From Eledone cirrhosa (Eukaryota), in contig OZ024744.1 in the NCBI GenBank assembly GCA_964016885.1, forward strand, positions 75,640,001-75,704,000: a DNA stretch of 64,000 bases. Reading direction: 5' to 3'. Below, piece after piece: positions 45,220 to 55,979 of the stretch. How positions within the stretch are numbered: position 1 is the stretch's first letter; each line of letters opens with the position of its first letter. The notes beneath the pieces are model-generated. The model saw only the letters and a program-made list of their open reading frames with translations. It made no database searches and was not told the DNA's origin. The position numbers were made by a program, and so were the translations under genes.

Positions 45220-45300
45220 AATCTTAGACTGGAACAAAAACAGAGACAGTACAAATAGTGGTTTATTAGGTATCACGCTTTTGAAAGTGGTGGATTGGGA
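45214..45300 (-). mobile_element. Diverged family E element
   Basis: GGAACAAAAACAGAGACAGTACAAATAGTGGTTTATTAGGTATCACGCTTTTGAAAGTGG. Confidence 0.55.
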
Positions 45301-45537
45301 TATATATACATATAAATGTATATATATATATATATAGATATAAATGTTTATATATATATATATATATACATATAAATGTATATATATATATATACATATA
45401 AATGTTTATATATATATATATAGGTATTGTCTGTGTTTGTGTATGTCTGAGTCTGCTAGCTCCGTGTCGAGTTTGTAAAGTTAGAAATAGAACAAAAAGA
45501 ATATAACAGTATAAGAGCTTGATAGCCCCACCCCCAC

Positions 45538-45584
<47 letters not shown>

Positions 45585-45747
45585 GTCTATCTCTCTCTCT
45601 CTGTCGTGTATGTATATAAGTGTTTTTTAAGATAGAGAAAGAAAGTATGTTTGAAGAGATTATATAAGTAAAAGATGTTAGCTAACAAATGTACCCCTGA
45701 TCTCTTTACCTTCTTTATTGATTAAAGGTGCAATATAGAATTGATTA

Positions 45748-46710
45748 ATAATTATTTCTACTATAGGCGCAAGGTCAGCAGTTTGGGGAGAAGGGGATAG
45801 TAGAATAAATGAACGCAGTACATTACTGATACTTTATTTTATCGATGCCATAAGGATGAAAGGCAACCCTAACCTCGGCTGGATTTGTACTCACAACGTA
45901 AAGGGCCCTAACTCCATGCCACTAAACATGTTGTCTGACGCTCTACCGATTCTGCCAATTTGTTAATAATTGTTTCTACTTTTGGCACAAGGTCAGCAAT
46001 TATCCCAATACATTACTGGTACTTTATTTTATCGACCCTGTAAGTATGAAAGGCAATATTAACCTCGGCGGGATTTGAGCTCAGACAGTAAACGGCCGTA
46101 ACTCTATGCTACAAAGCATAGTGTCTGGCGCTCTACCGATACTGCTAATGCACCGCCTTTTGTTAATAATGGTTTCTATTTTTGGCACAAGGCCAGCAAT
46201 TATCCCAGTGCATTACTGGTGCTTTATTTTATCGACACCGTAAGGATGAAAGGCAAAGTTAACCCCGACAGGATTTCATCTCAGACCGTAAAGGGCCATA
46301 ACTTTATGTTGCAAAGCATGTTGTCTGACGTTTATCGATTCTGCCAACCACAATATCAAATTGAACTATAATTTGTGCTCAAAGCCATTCCTTCATTTTT
46401 TTTTGTTTTTGTTTTAGACGGCTGAAGTCGATGAATTGGCAATATCAGGACAATATGCTTTGTGGTATAGAGTTACGGCTCTTAGCGTTCTGATTTCAAA
46501 TCTTTCCGAGGTTAGCTTTGCCTTTCATCCTTACTGGGTCGATAAAATAAAGTACTATTTAATACTGAGGTCGTTTAAATAAAATACCAGTAAATTACTG
46601 GAGTCGATTTAATCGACTTTCCACTCCCCTTCAAATTGCTGGCCTTGTGCCTATATCGACTTCGGATGATGAAAGGCAAAGTTGATTTCGGCGGAATTTG
46701 AATTGATAAA
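45748..46710. mobile_element. SINE family 1 cluster: three head-to-tail minus copies, then a plus and a minus copy
   Basis: Minus copies at ~45748-45958, 45965-46158 and 46165-46348; plus copy at ~46430-46575; minus copy at ~46577-46705. Confidence 0.88.
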
Positions 46711-47009
46711 ATGTAAAGTGTCGTAACTACTGATGACCCGGGACACTTCAGGTTTGGGATGGGCTCATACACAAAAAATTAGAATACACAGCAACCCCCC
46801 CCACCCCCACCCCCCCACCCCGATTTTACATATCAAAGTTGGCTTGGCGCAAATAATTGGAATTGGAAAGTTATACATACATGTATTAAATTCAAAAATT
46901 CTAACCATCCTAAAACTAAAAAGCCCAGCTGAGGGCACAAATAAATTACTACTGCCGTCGCTGGTGGGGACCTGGGAAATGCACCCCCTCCTTATTTTTC
47001 ATATATATT

Positions 47010-47082
47010 TAGCCAGGTGTGTCGCGATTTTTTCATGTGTTCCAAGGTGTGCCGTTGGCAAAAAATAAGTTGAGAACCACTG
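47010..47082 (+). mobile_element. hAT-type DNA transposon terminus
   Basis: Ends AAAAAATAAGTTGAGAACCACTG (reverse complement CAGTGGTTCTCAAC, a typical hAT/Charlie TIR), with subterminal AGGTGTG repeats; no partner end found. Confidence 0.55.
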
Positions 47083-47159
47083 GCGTAGATGGACAGCGTT
47101 ATCAATGGGAAGCGTCCCTTCCACAAGAAGCAAAAAAGGCAAAAGAGCATTGTGAAACA

Positions 47160-47242
47160 GTTTCAGAAGATCTCGTATAGAGTGAAAGCAGGAATTCTTT
47201 GCTTAAACTTTAATCTGTACTAATAATAAATATTTGCTCTAC
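47160..47242 (+). mobile_element. Family B fragment
   Basis: GTTTCAGAAGATCTCGTATAGAGTGAAAGCAGGAATTCTTTGCTTAAACTTTAATCTG; the 3' end of family B reappears at ~47853-47894. Confidence 0.65.
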
Positions 47243-48039
47243 CAGTTTATATATACTGTATTATGAAGAGCCCGGTAATTATACCTTCAGCTTATTAAAT
47301 TACAGGGGATTAACGTGAGTCTTTAACTCCGTTTTTTCATTTGATATTTTGGCTCCAAACGAATTTTCTCTAAGTTTGTTGAGATTTTTAAGTTGAATGG
47401 TTATAGGGTGCCATTTCTGGCGTTTTTTTTTAAATCCATTCAAGCCGTAACTGTCTGACGCACGTGTTTTCGTTCTCTTCCCATGTGCTATTCAGTTATC
47501 TATAGTCTCTTTAGAAGTGCAGTCCATATAGTCTTTACACCTGTTGATAAGCCCTGGGGCGTTATGGTTCTAACACTGTTTATGGCGAAACATACTCTTC
47601 TTTGAGTCTGTCCAGTTTTTTATAGTTATTAAGGTGGGTTTGTGCATTTTAATTTACCTTTCCAATTATTATGTATTTTCCACACTTTTCGTAGCCTTTA
47701 TATATTTCACTCTAGTGGTTTTATAGCCCTCGTAATTCAAAACATACTCTTTTGTGTGTTCTCCTCTATATATTATATTATGAGAGCCCGGTAATTATAT
47801 CTTGAGCTCCATTTTTTTCATTTGATGTATACTTATATATATACAATCTTTTTAGAACCCTCTTCGGATTTTGGTCTTCGTATTTATTATTACTATATAT
47901 ATTAGAAAAATTTGATCTGCGGCCACTGGTGCAAAGCACTACTGTTAGTTGGTAGCATAGCCGTTGCGCTAGATCCGTTAACCATTTTTACTTGACTATT
48001 CAGGGATAGTTTCCTCTTGGACCATTCTGGATGTGGTAG

Positions 48040-48533
48040 GTCGCCTTGCCTTTAATTCCGCCCAGTCGTTATTCACCTGGAGGTTTGCAATTAACAAATC
48101 AATACATAAAATATCTAAACTTTTATATTGATCCTGTGCCCCGCGACATTATTTTTGGGGCATGAATTGCTTTCTCAGGTATCGAACGGTAAGCCCACCG
48201 ACTTGCTCGGATTAATCTTTGCTCCTGTTACAGTGTAGTATTCTCTAAGAACGGTGCCGATTAGCTCGACTGCCATCGAGTTCAATACTAATACTGTAAC
48301 GTCGTTGGCATATGCTGTCATGGTTCTCCCCCAATGTTCTAGCTCAAACTGGACGCCCACACTACCTCAAATTTACGCAGTTGCTCGTCAGTCAGTGTAT
48401 ACAGAAGGAATAAGAAAAGACATACGTGACATACTCTGGCTGGAAATAATTCACAAGGGTAAACTTTTAGTTGGACAACAGAGCAGATGCCAGACATTGA
48501 AGAAGTCCAGCCTCTAAAAACCCGGGTCAACAT
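48040..48533 (-). pseudogene. L1/Tx1-type ORF2 reverse transcriptase fragment
   Basis: AYANDVTVLV...LREYYTVTGAKINPSKSVGL corresponds to the YADD region and downstream motif of L1/Tx1 RT; frameshifted. Confidence 0.8.
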
Positions 48534-48754
48534 TTTTGAGAGAGCTACCGAATAACTGTAATCGACTCTATGGAAAGAGCTTTCGATTGATACAAATTTA
48601 TCAGAAACTCATTGAAACCAAGTTTTTTCATCAACCCTTTTTAAGGTGTGTCTCGCGAGGTGAAGGTTGTTGTTGGTAGATATGATAGATACTGACAGAA
48701 TAACCCGAATAACGAAATCGATATAGAGTAAATGTGTCGTATAAATACCGGTCA

Positions 48755-48955
48755 TTCTCCGACAGGTTTGCGGTAGAGCCTGTAGTAGTGGAGACTTCTG
48801 GTGTCCTTGGCCCTAGGGCCACCTTCCTGCTCACCACCATCAGCACAGATTCAGCTACCCGAAGGAGTGAGCCTGGCGAGCTGGAATGGCTTTTCCAGCG
48901 CGTCTCCCTCACCATTCTCCGAGGAAACGCTTTCTCTATTCTGTCCGCCGAGGCC
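48755..48955 (+). pseudogene. CRE-clade non-LTR retrotransposon C-terminal (restriction-like endonuclease) fragment
   Basis: PVVVETSGVLGPRATFLL...EWLFQRVSLTILRGNAFSIL matches the CRE terminal signature P..VETxG..G / QR.S..I.RGNA. Confidence 0.75.
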
Positions 48956-49528
48956 GCGGGGCCGCCAGCGTGTGGGTCCTCATTTGCTCACCATAGTGAG
49001 AGATGGGGAGATCGGAAGAAACGGAGGCAATGACAGTGGGAGTTTGGTTCTTTTGTGTTCGGACCTGTCGGACCTGGTGTATATGTATATGTTTCACGGA
49101 CACGCACCAGACATTTAAAAGTGCTTAAGCATGTTTAACAGGTTTCTGTACTTCCTCGCGTACATCTAAAATGTTATTCCAGTACCCCATTAAAACAAAA
49201 GAGAATGACTCCTAGGAACGCTTCTAGATATCTAAAGAAACCCGTCTTCTCTTTGCTCCCCGGTCGGATCAAAGACTGCTTGCCGCCTCTCTTGCTGCTG
49301 CTTACGAGCAACACCACCAACTTAATGTTCGAATGCTATATCTCGAAATTCAAACTTTTATTAAACAACACTACCACCACGCCTCTTGTATAAAAAGATG
49401 CATTCACCTCGAATTCTTCGAAGATGGGTATGTAAACGTGAGTCCTGATCTTATTAATGGCTACAACATCTATATATAAGACCTTGATTTGTTGATTTCA
49501 AGCTGATTTCAGACAATGTACATTTATG

Positions 49529-49529
<1 letters not shown>

Positions 49530-49589
<60 letters not shown>
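49530..49589. repeat. (AG)n microsatellite
   Basis: Directly visible. Confidence 0.95.
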
Positions 49590-49593
<4 letters not shown>

Positions 49594-49619
49594 AGCTGTA
49601 TATGATAAAGCAATATATA

Positions 49620-50230
49620 AAGAAGTTAATCAAAATAGACATAGATAAGGAAGGCATCACGGCTATATGTATAATGTGTGAAGAAAGAGCTGAGATGGTG
49701 GCACATGTGATGTCTAGATGTAAAGGTGCATTCTCAGAATTATCATAAGAACTGAAGACACGACAAAGTTGAAACAATCTGACAGTGGAAAATGTGTAAA
49801 AAGTTTGAATTTGAACATGCGAAAAAGTTGTATAAACACAACCCAGAACGTGTCTTTGAAAATAATCATGTAAAAGTATTATGGAACTTGAAGATTCAAA
49901 GGGACAAGCAAATGGAAACTTCACCCCCAGATATTGATATAGTCAATAAAAATAAAAGAGTGTGTTAGTTAATCGGTTAATCGGATATGTTTGCCCATTT
50001 GATACTAAAGTATTAGATAAAAAAAAAAAAAAACGTAAGTAGAAAAGTACCAAAGCCTGAAATACAAGCTGTTATCATCGCAGTTGTATTAGGTGCCTAC
50101 GAAACAGTGGCGAGATGTTTGAATGTCTGATTGAAGATGTTGGATATAGAGGTGAATTTCCTGACTCTACAGAAGGCATTTTTACTTGGCTCAACGAAGA
50201 ACTATACACAAGGTGTTAAATATACCTAAG
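49620..50230 (+). pseudogene. R4/Dong-type non-LTR retrotransposon 3' fragment (CCHC knuckle + restriction-like endonuclease)
   Basis: CIMCEERAEMVAHVMSRC, RHDKV, KVLWNLKIQRDK...PDI, CPFD, EKYQSL, VVLGA and LQKAFLLGS occur in order, with stops and frameshifts. Confidence 0.8.
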
Positions 50231-50339
50231 GTTGCAAGAGGCAGTATAATATTCAGCAATCCAAATGCGGGCAGAGGAAACAACAGCATCAGCCAGGAGT
50301 GATTTAGAAACCCAACATATTCTAAACCATCCTAATCAT

Positions 50340-50592
50340 CAAAAGCACCCTAGGAAGGGGCTTTTTCTTCGCTGAACTTGAAAAAGTTGATGAGGAATTG
50401 GCCGTAGAAGATTGTCTTCAGTCCTTTCAGTCGCGTCCACCTCACAACCTCTTTCGTTACAGCCACAGTGCAGAGTAAAGTTGCTTGCCCTTCCCGGCAA
50501 AAATAAGATGGTGGGGCGATTTTTACGATGGATTTGGTCGATACCTGGATCCGGCCAACACACAATATTAGCTGTTCAACATAACTGCACAA
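50340..50592 (-). pseudogene. L1/Tx1 ORF2 C-terminal fragment
   Basis: SYVEQL...SIVKIAPPS...LCTVAVTKEVVRWTRLKGLK...LINFFKF resembles the K..IW..R C-terminal region of Tx1-like ORF2 (recognition from memory, not a search). Confidence 0.55.
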
Positions 50593-50931
50593 GTCATGTT
50601 GTTGTTGTTGTGTTACTGATTATTGCAATGGTAGTGATGGCTACGGGGCTGAAAATAATGCGTTCTTATAAGGAACGGAAAAGAAAGGAAAGAAGATGCC
50701 GCCATTTTTTAATATTAATTTTTACAAAAAAAATAAAATATTGTTTGGAATATTTATTCAATTTCTACCCCGAAGGGTGAGAAACGAAACAAGTCAACCA
50801 GCCCCACCCGGGCTTAGTTTCCTTGACAACCAACAAGAACAAACATATTAACAGTAACAAATCCTTAAATGGCAAATGTTCAACAGTAATTCAAAACTTA
50901 CTGAGAACGACGAAATATATGGCACACAGTA

Positions 50932-51775
50932 AAGAACCAATAATAATAATTGTTTCTACTTTTAACACAAGGCCAGAAATTATCCCAATGCATTACTGGT
51001 ACTTTATTTTATCGACCCTGTAAGGATGATAGGCAAAGTTAACCTCGGCGGATTTGAACTCAGAACTTAAAGGGACGAAACTCTATACTGCAAAGCATGG
51101 CGCCCGACTTCTACCGATACTGCCAATCCACCGCCCCAGAACCAATAATAATTGTTTCTACTGTTGGCACAAGGCCAGCAATTACCCAGTGCATTACTGG
51201 TACTTTATTTTATCGACCCTGTAAGGATGAAAGGCAAAGTTAACCTCGGCGGGATTTGAACTCAGAATGGCAAGGGTCGTAACTCTATGCGTCAAAGCAT
51301 GGTGTCCGACCCTCTACCGATACTGCCAATCCACCGCCCCAGAACCAATAATAAGGATTATGGTTTCTAATTCATGCACAATGGCTGTAATTCTAAAGGT
51401 TAGAGATAAGTCGTTTACATCGACCACAGTATTTGACTGCTACATGTTATCAACACATGGAAGGATGAAAGGCAAAGTTTATTTCTGCCAATCCTATTAG
51501 GAATAATAATTGTTTCTACTTTTGGCACAAGGCCAGCAAATATCCCAGTGTATTACTGGTACTTTATTTTATCGACCTCGTAAGGAAGAAAGGCAAAGTT
51601 AACCTCGGCGGGATTTGAACTCAGACCGTAAAGGGACGTAACTTTATGCTGGAAACCATGGCTAACGGCCAATCCTAGAAATAATAATTGTTTCTACTTT
51701 TTGGCACAAGGCCAGAAATTACCCAGTGCATTACTGGTACTTTATTTTATCGATAAACTCCTAGGAATAATAATG
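50932..51775 (-). mobile_element. Tandem SINE family 1 array with repeated target sites
   Basis: Full copies at ~50945-51136 and 51148-51339 are bounded by AGAACCAATAATA (three occurrences); further copies at ~51505-51670 and 51682-51755. Confidence 0.9.
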
Positions 51776-51790
51776 TTGTTGGCAGGTAAG

Positions 51791-51835
51791 CAGTATACTG
51801 ATGAAGGGTAATCACACAGAAACATTAGTGTCTGC
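51791..51835 (+). ncRNA. Degenerate hammerhead-like motif
   Basis: CTGATGA-AGGGTAATCACACA-GAAAC-ATTA; core is intact but stems II and III are disrupted. Confidence 0.35.
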
Positions 51836-51972
51836 AGTTCTGGTTACATTCGAACACATGGCTGAGCAAGAATGATGGTGTCATTCTATTGACATGGCTT
51901 TAAAGAGGCTGTTTGCATAATTGCAAACGAATCGAATATTATAATGATATTGTTATTATTATTATAAAGAAA

Positions 51973-52013
<41 letters not shown>

Positions 52014-52109
52014 ATTCGAAAAATTCAAATTATATTTAATGTTTTCTTTATTGACCACAGTTTTACAAAACATATATTAAGGACAGCACAAAATAGTACA
52101 AATATGTCT

Positions 52110-53000
52110 AGTAGATTTTCGCCACGTTCCACCCCTCTCGCCGAGAACTGCAGTAACCCAACGAGGTAGGCTCTGAAATCCGTCCCTCGATCCAACCCAC
52201 CACTGCTCCCGAATGTTTGAGCGAAGTGTCGCTGAAAAACCTCACATATCTGCTTGGAATCAAGTACCATGCGCCCGTCGGAATGTGGCTTTGTTGCCAT
52301 GCCTCACCTCCGCCACTCGAGCCCATTGAACGGCTTTCGTTCCATCCTGTCTAAGACCACGTGCTTATCTCTGACTACGCAGCCTTCTTGCTTAGCGTTG
52401 AAGAATTGGTCCAGAGCCAATCTCGCCGCAAACACGTTGGCCGATGCCTTTAGTAAGTGCCTCGTCTAATTTTCTAACTAGATCTCCTTCTACTCTAGTT
52501 TTCTCTATCATTACAGCCTTACTAAATCTTATCGATTCTGCTCTAATAGCCTTTTTCAGCGCGATTCACCATTTGTTGTTGACGCTTGATCCGGTCTTCG
52601 TAGTCTTTGCGTGCCGGGAATGACTCATTACCCTGTTTATGAAGCCTATCTAGATTGACCACACAGATCATACATTGATGGTCTGTGCAGTCGGCTACTT
52701 TGAATTGTGGACTTATCTATTTGGATGACCCGATGCGGTTTGTCCATGTCCACATTGGCACGTTCGGGAAATCCACTCGGTACCTATTAGGCAGTTGGAA
52801 GCCTCTGTGTAGGGTAGTGAGGCTTTTACACCCTCCTCCCTTATCTGTTAGTCCCACACAATCCCAGCGTGCATCCAAGATACCGTTCTAGTCCCTCACT
52901 AACAGTAAAGAGCGGGACGTTACTAGAAAGGTCCCAAGGCGTCTGAAGAAATCAGATCGTCGTGCCCTTGTTGGGGCATTGGCAGCTACTACCATTCACT
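52110..53000 (-). pseudogene. L1/Tx1 ORF2 AP-endonuclease and linker fragment
   Basis: MVAANAPT...DFFRRL...LLLVRD*NGILD (YAP and GDxN motifs), PMWTWTN, AIRAESIRFS and ICEVFQRHFAQTF; many disablements. Confidence 0.75.
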
Positions 53001-53711
53001 GCATTACCTTCTGGATTCAGGAAGATTGTCTGTAGCGATCACATATATATATCTTCCGTCGTGGGACGGGCTCTTAAGGCCCATTCCAAATGTTTTCTCT
53101 ATTCCAACTCCAAAAGTTCAAATTTAAAATGGCTGGTTTAAAATTTTGAGGAGAAAGTGGCAGTCACAAAGGTCAAGCTATCCATACCACAACACATAGT
53201 AGCATAGCAACAACAACGACAAGAACAACGATCAAAATCTGCAACAACTCAGAAAGTAACAGCAATAATAACAATAACGACAATTGTCCAATCCCTTTTT
53301 CTATGGCAAAGACAAAAACAATGACAACAACAACAACAGTAATTTGAAAGGAAAAGCCAGCGCCAGTATATGACTAAACTAGAGCCGCTGATTTTCACCC
53401 GGACAAAAAAAGCAGTATCACTCACACAACAAAATGAAAGGAAAAACAACAAACTGCCGCAATTGCACACACGGGTTACAGATGGAGAACAACTTATCAG
53501 TTTCCGAAGGTCCTTGTTAGTTTATCCTTAAACCGGTAATAAATGTTCAATATATTGGGTCGTCACGTATGAAATTTGTAGACATTGGAAAAAAAAAAAA
53601 TTTCTACAAATTCTACAAATTTCACAGTTGACGAACCAATATAAATTTCTCTAACGATAGAAATTATAACAAATATTTTATCATCACTTACTGTTTACCG
53701 ATGCAGACTGC

Positions 53712-53912
53712 CATTGGCAGTATCGGGAGAGGATCGGAGGCCATGCTTTGTAGCGTAGAGTTATGGCCCTTTATGATCTGAGTTCAAATCCCACCGAGAT
53801 TAAGTTTGCCTTCCATCCTTACCGGGGTCGATAAAATAAAGTATCAGTCACGCATTGGGGTCGATTTTAATCGACTTTCCTCTGGTCTTGTGCCTATATA
53901 AGAAACCATTAT
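53712..53912 (+). mobile_element. SINE family 1
   Basis: ATTGGCAGTATCGG...GAGTTCAAATCCC...GGTCGATAAAATAAAG...AGAAACCATTATT. Confidence 0.85.
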
Positions 53913-54246
53913 TGCTTTCCTCTGATTTGATCAGTTCACCTGCACGTTTCCCCTACTCGTACAGGATTCCACCAGTAATGAAACCGAATGTGAGAAAAAT
54001 AATGATACACTAGAAAATATAAACCTGAATATTCCTAAACATACAACAATACGATATACTTCCAGCAAGAACAATATGATCTACGCTCTAATCAATCGAG
54101 CTAACCTGAAAATAAACTGCAAAAACAATAGACTAATTATTTTTAAAGGTGGGAAGGAAAAGGTAGCCATAAAAATCGTCTATAAATCAACCATACATAA
54201 CCTGTGCAATATATATGAAGACACCTATGTACACCCATATACAAAC

Positions 54247-54306
<60 letters not shown>

Positions 54307-54380
54307 GCGTGTGTTATTTTAGTGTGATATGCCAACCAAGACAGGATTTGACCCAATAGCCATCCAGTCGTATACGAGCT

Positions 54381-54597
54381 GAATAATAACTGTTTGTACT
54401 TTTAGGCACAAGGCCAACAATTAATTACTGGGTAATTGCTGGCCTTGTGTCAACAGTAGAAACAATTATTATTATATATTGCGGTGGATTGACATTACTG
54501 GTACTTTATTTTATCGACCCCATAAGTATGAAAGGCAAAGTTAACCTCGGCGGGATTTGAACTCAGAATGGCAAGGGCCATAACTCTATGCGTCAAA
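54381..54597. mobile_element. SINE family 1 pieces: inverted pair of tails plus a minus-strand body
   Basis: GGCACAAGGCCAACAATTA / TAATTGCTGGCCTTGTG inverted tails, then ACTGGTACTTTATTTTATCGACCCC...GAACTCAGAATGG. Confidence 0.75.
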
Positions 54598-54941
54598 CAA
54601 AATGAAAAACAAGATAATAGATAATAACAATGATCACTTCAGGAAGTATGTATTTGAATATGTGGTTACGTTTTTAATTTAAACAATTTTATTGTTGATG
54701 ATATATTTGTTGTCGTCATTGTATTTGGTATATTTACAAAGGCTAAGGTCAGAGCAATAGGTTGTGTTAGATTGATTCAATATAAAATACGTTGACTGGC
54801 ATTTTTGACAATCACTGAAACATAGTGAGTTTGAATGATATATAAAACATTCGTCATTTTATTCATCGATAAAAAAAAAAGAATGTCTTGTACTCTCAGT
54901 CGTTTGAATTTGTCTGTGTGTGTATATATATATATATATAT

Positions 54942-55142
54942 AACAAAGGAAATGTGGTAAGGAACCAGATGGACCATAACGCACCAGAGTACTCAATATT
55001 AGGGTAGTAGAGTGAGAAATAGGAAAAAGTATGACCCCGACGGCAGAGCTCAAGCTGTTTCGACGGCTATTTCTGGTCTCAAATAGTTCAGAAATAGCCG
55101 CCGAAATGGCTTGAGCTCTGCCGTCGGGGACATATTTTTCCT
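54942..55142 (-). mobile_element. Family A fold-back element
   Basis: Folds back after TTTCTGG; the arm ends CATATTTTTCC followed by (TA)n. Confidence 0.85.
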
Positions 55143-55159
55143 ATATATATATATATATA

Positions 55160-55352
55160 TTAGTAAAATAAGGAAAATGGTAATGGAATTTTCTCATAGC
55201 AAAACATTTATTTACAAAAAAGTAACTTATCGTACCGGTTTCAGCCAAAAGATTGTTAGGCTTCTGCATGCTATAGGAAATGATATTAGAAGTGTATAAA
55301 AAGATTGATAAGGTGTATGTTAATAAGGAGATAGTACAAGAGACCATGGTTT
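55160..55352 (-). repeat. Inverted pseudo-LTR arm of the Penelope-like element
   Basis: Approximate reverse complement of 55714-55922; abuts (TA)n. Confidence 0.85.
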
Positions 55353-55383
55353 ACATACATAAAAAGAGTTCACATATTGTTTT

Positions 55384-55466
<83 letters not shown>

Positions 55467-55713
55467 CTCCCTCTCCTTGGTGGTTTGAAATAGAAGTTAG
55501 TTTGTTGTCTGTTATTGTCTAACTGGTGTTGGTTATAACTGCAGTAGTGGTAGTGGTAGTAGCAGAGGGAGGCGAACTTGGTTTAGAAATCAGCTGGTTC
55601 TTTGTTCTTGTCGAATTGGTGTTGACCTTAACTGCAGTGGAGGAGGAGAAGGAGGAGGAGGAGGAGGAGGAGGAGGAGGAGGAGGAGAAGAAGAAGAAGA
55701 AGAAGAAGAAGAT

Positions 55714-55979
55714 AACTATGGTCTCTTCTACAATCTTCTTATTAATATACACCTTAAAAATTTGTATACACTTCTAATCACATTTCCTATAGCATGAAGA
55801 AGCCTAACAATGTTTTGGCTGAAACCGGTACGATAAGTTCCTTTTTTGTAAATAAGTTTTTTGCTGTTATTCTATGAGAAAATCCCATCAGCTTTTTCTA
55901 CTGTTTTTCTTATTTTACTAATTTATATCAACTCGTGTGTCACTTCTTAACATTCTAAATATCATACGAGATACAGAAA
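55714..55979 (+). repeat. Direct pseudo-LTR with hammerhead-like motif at 55786-55837
   Basis: CATGAAGA-AGCC-(12 nt)-GGCT-GAAA-CCGGTA: stem II and palindromic ACCGGT loop III are present but the CUGA core is altered; lies directly upstream of the ATG at 55980. Confidence 0.65.

Noticed and set aside
45748-46350. Regularly spaced repeats suggestive of a CRISPR array
   Set aside because: The units are ~190-200 bp SINE copies with pol III boxes; there are no unique spacers or cas genes, and the context is eukaryotic.
46728-46765. CTGATGA hammerhead core
   Set aside because: No GAAA after a stem II; chance match. The same applies at 14030, 33535 and 63785.
47258-47830. Direct repeats (GAGCCCGGTAATTATA...TTTTTTCATTTGAT) as LTRs around a coding region
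   Set aside because: The repeats are short and lack TG...CA ends or a PBS; no recognisable protein motif was found in the interior on the minus-strand frames I read.
55519-55777. Glu/Lys-rich and Ser/Phe-rich ORFs
   Set aside because: (GAG)n-(AAG)n microsatellite between the pseudo-LTR arms.
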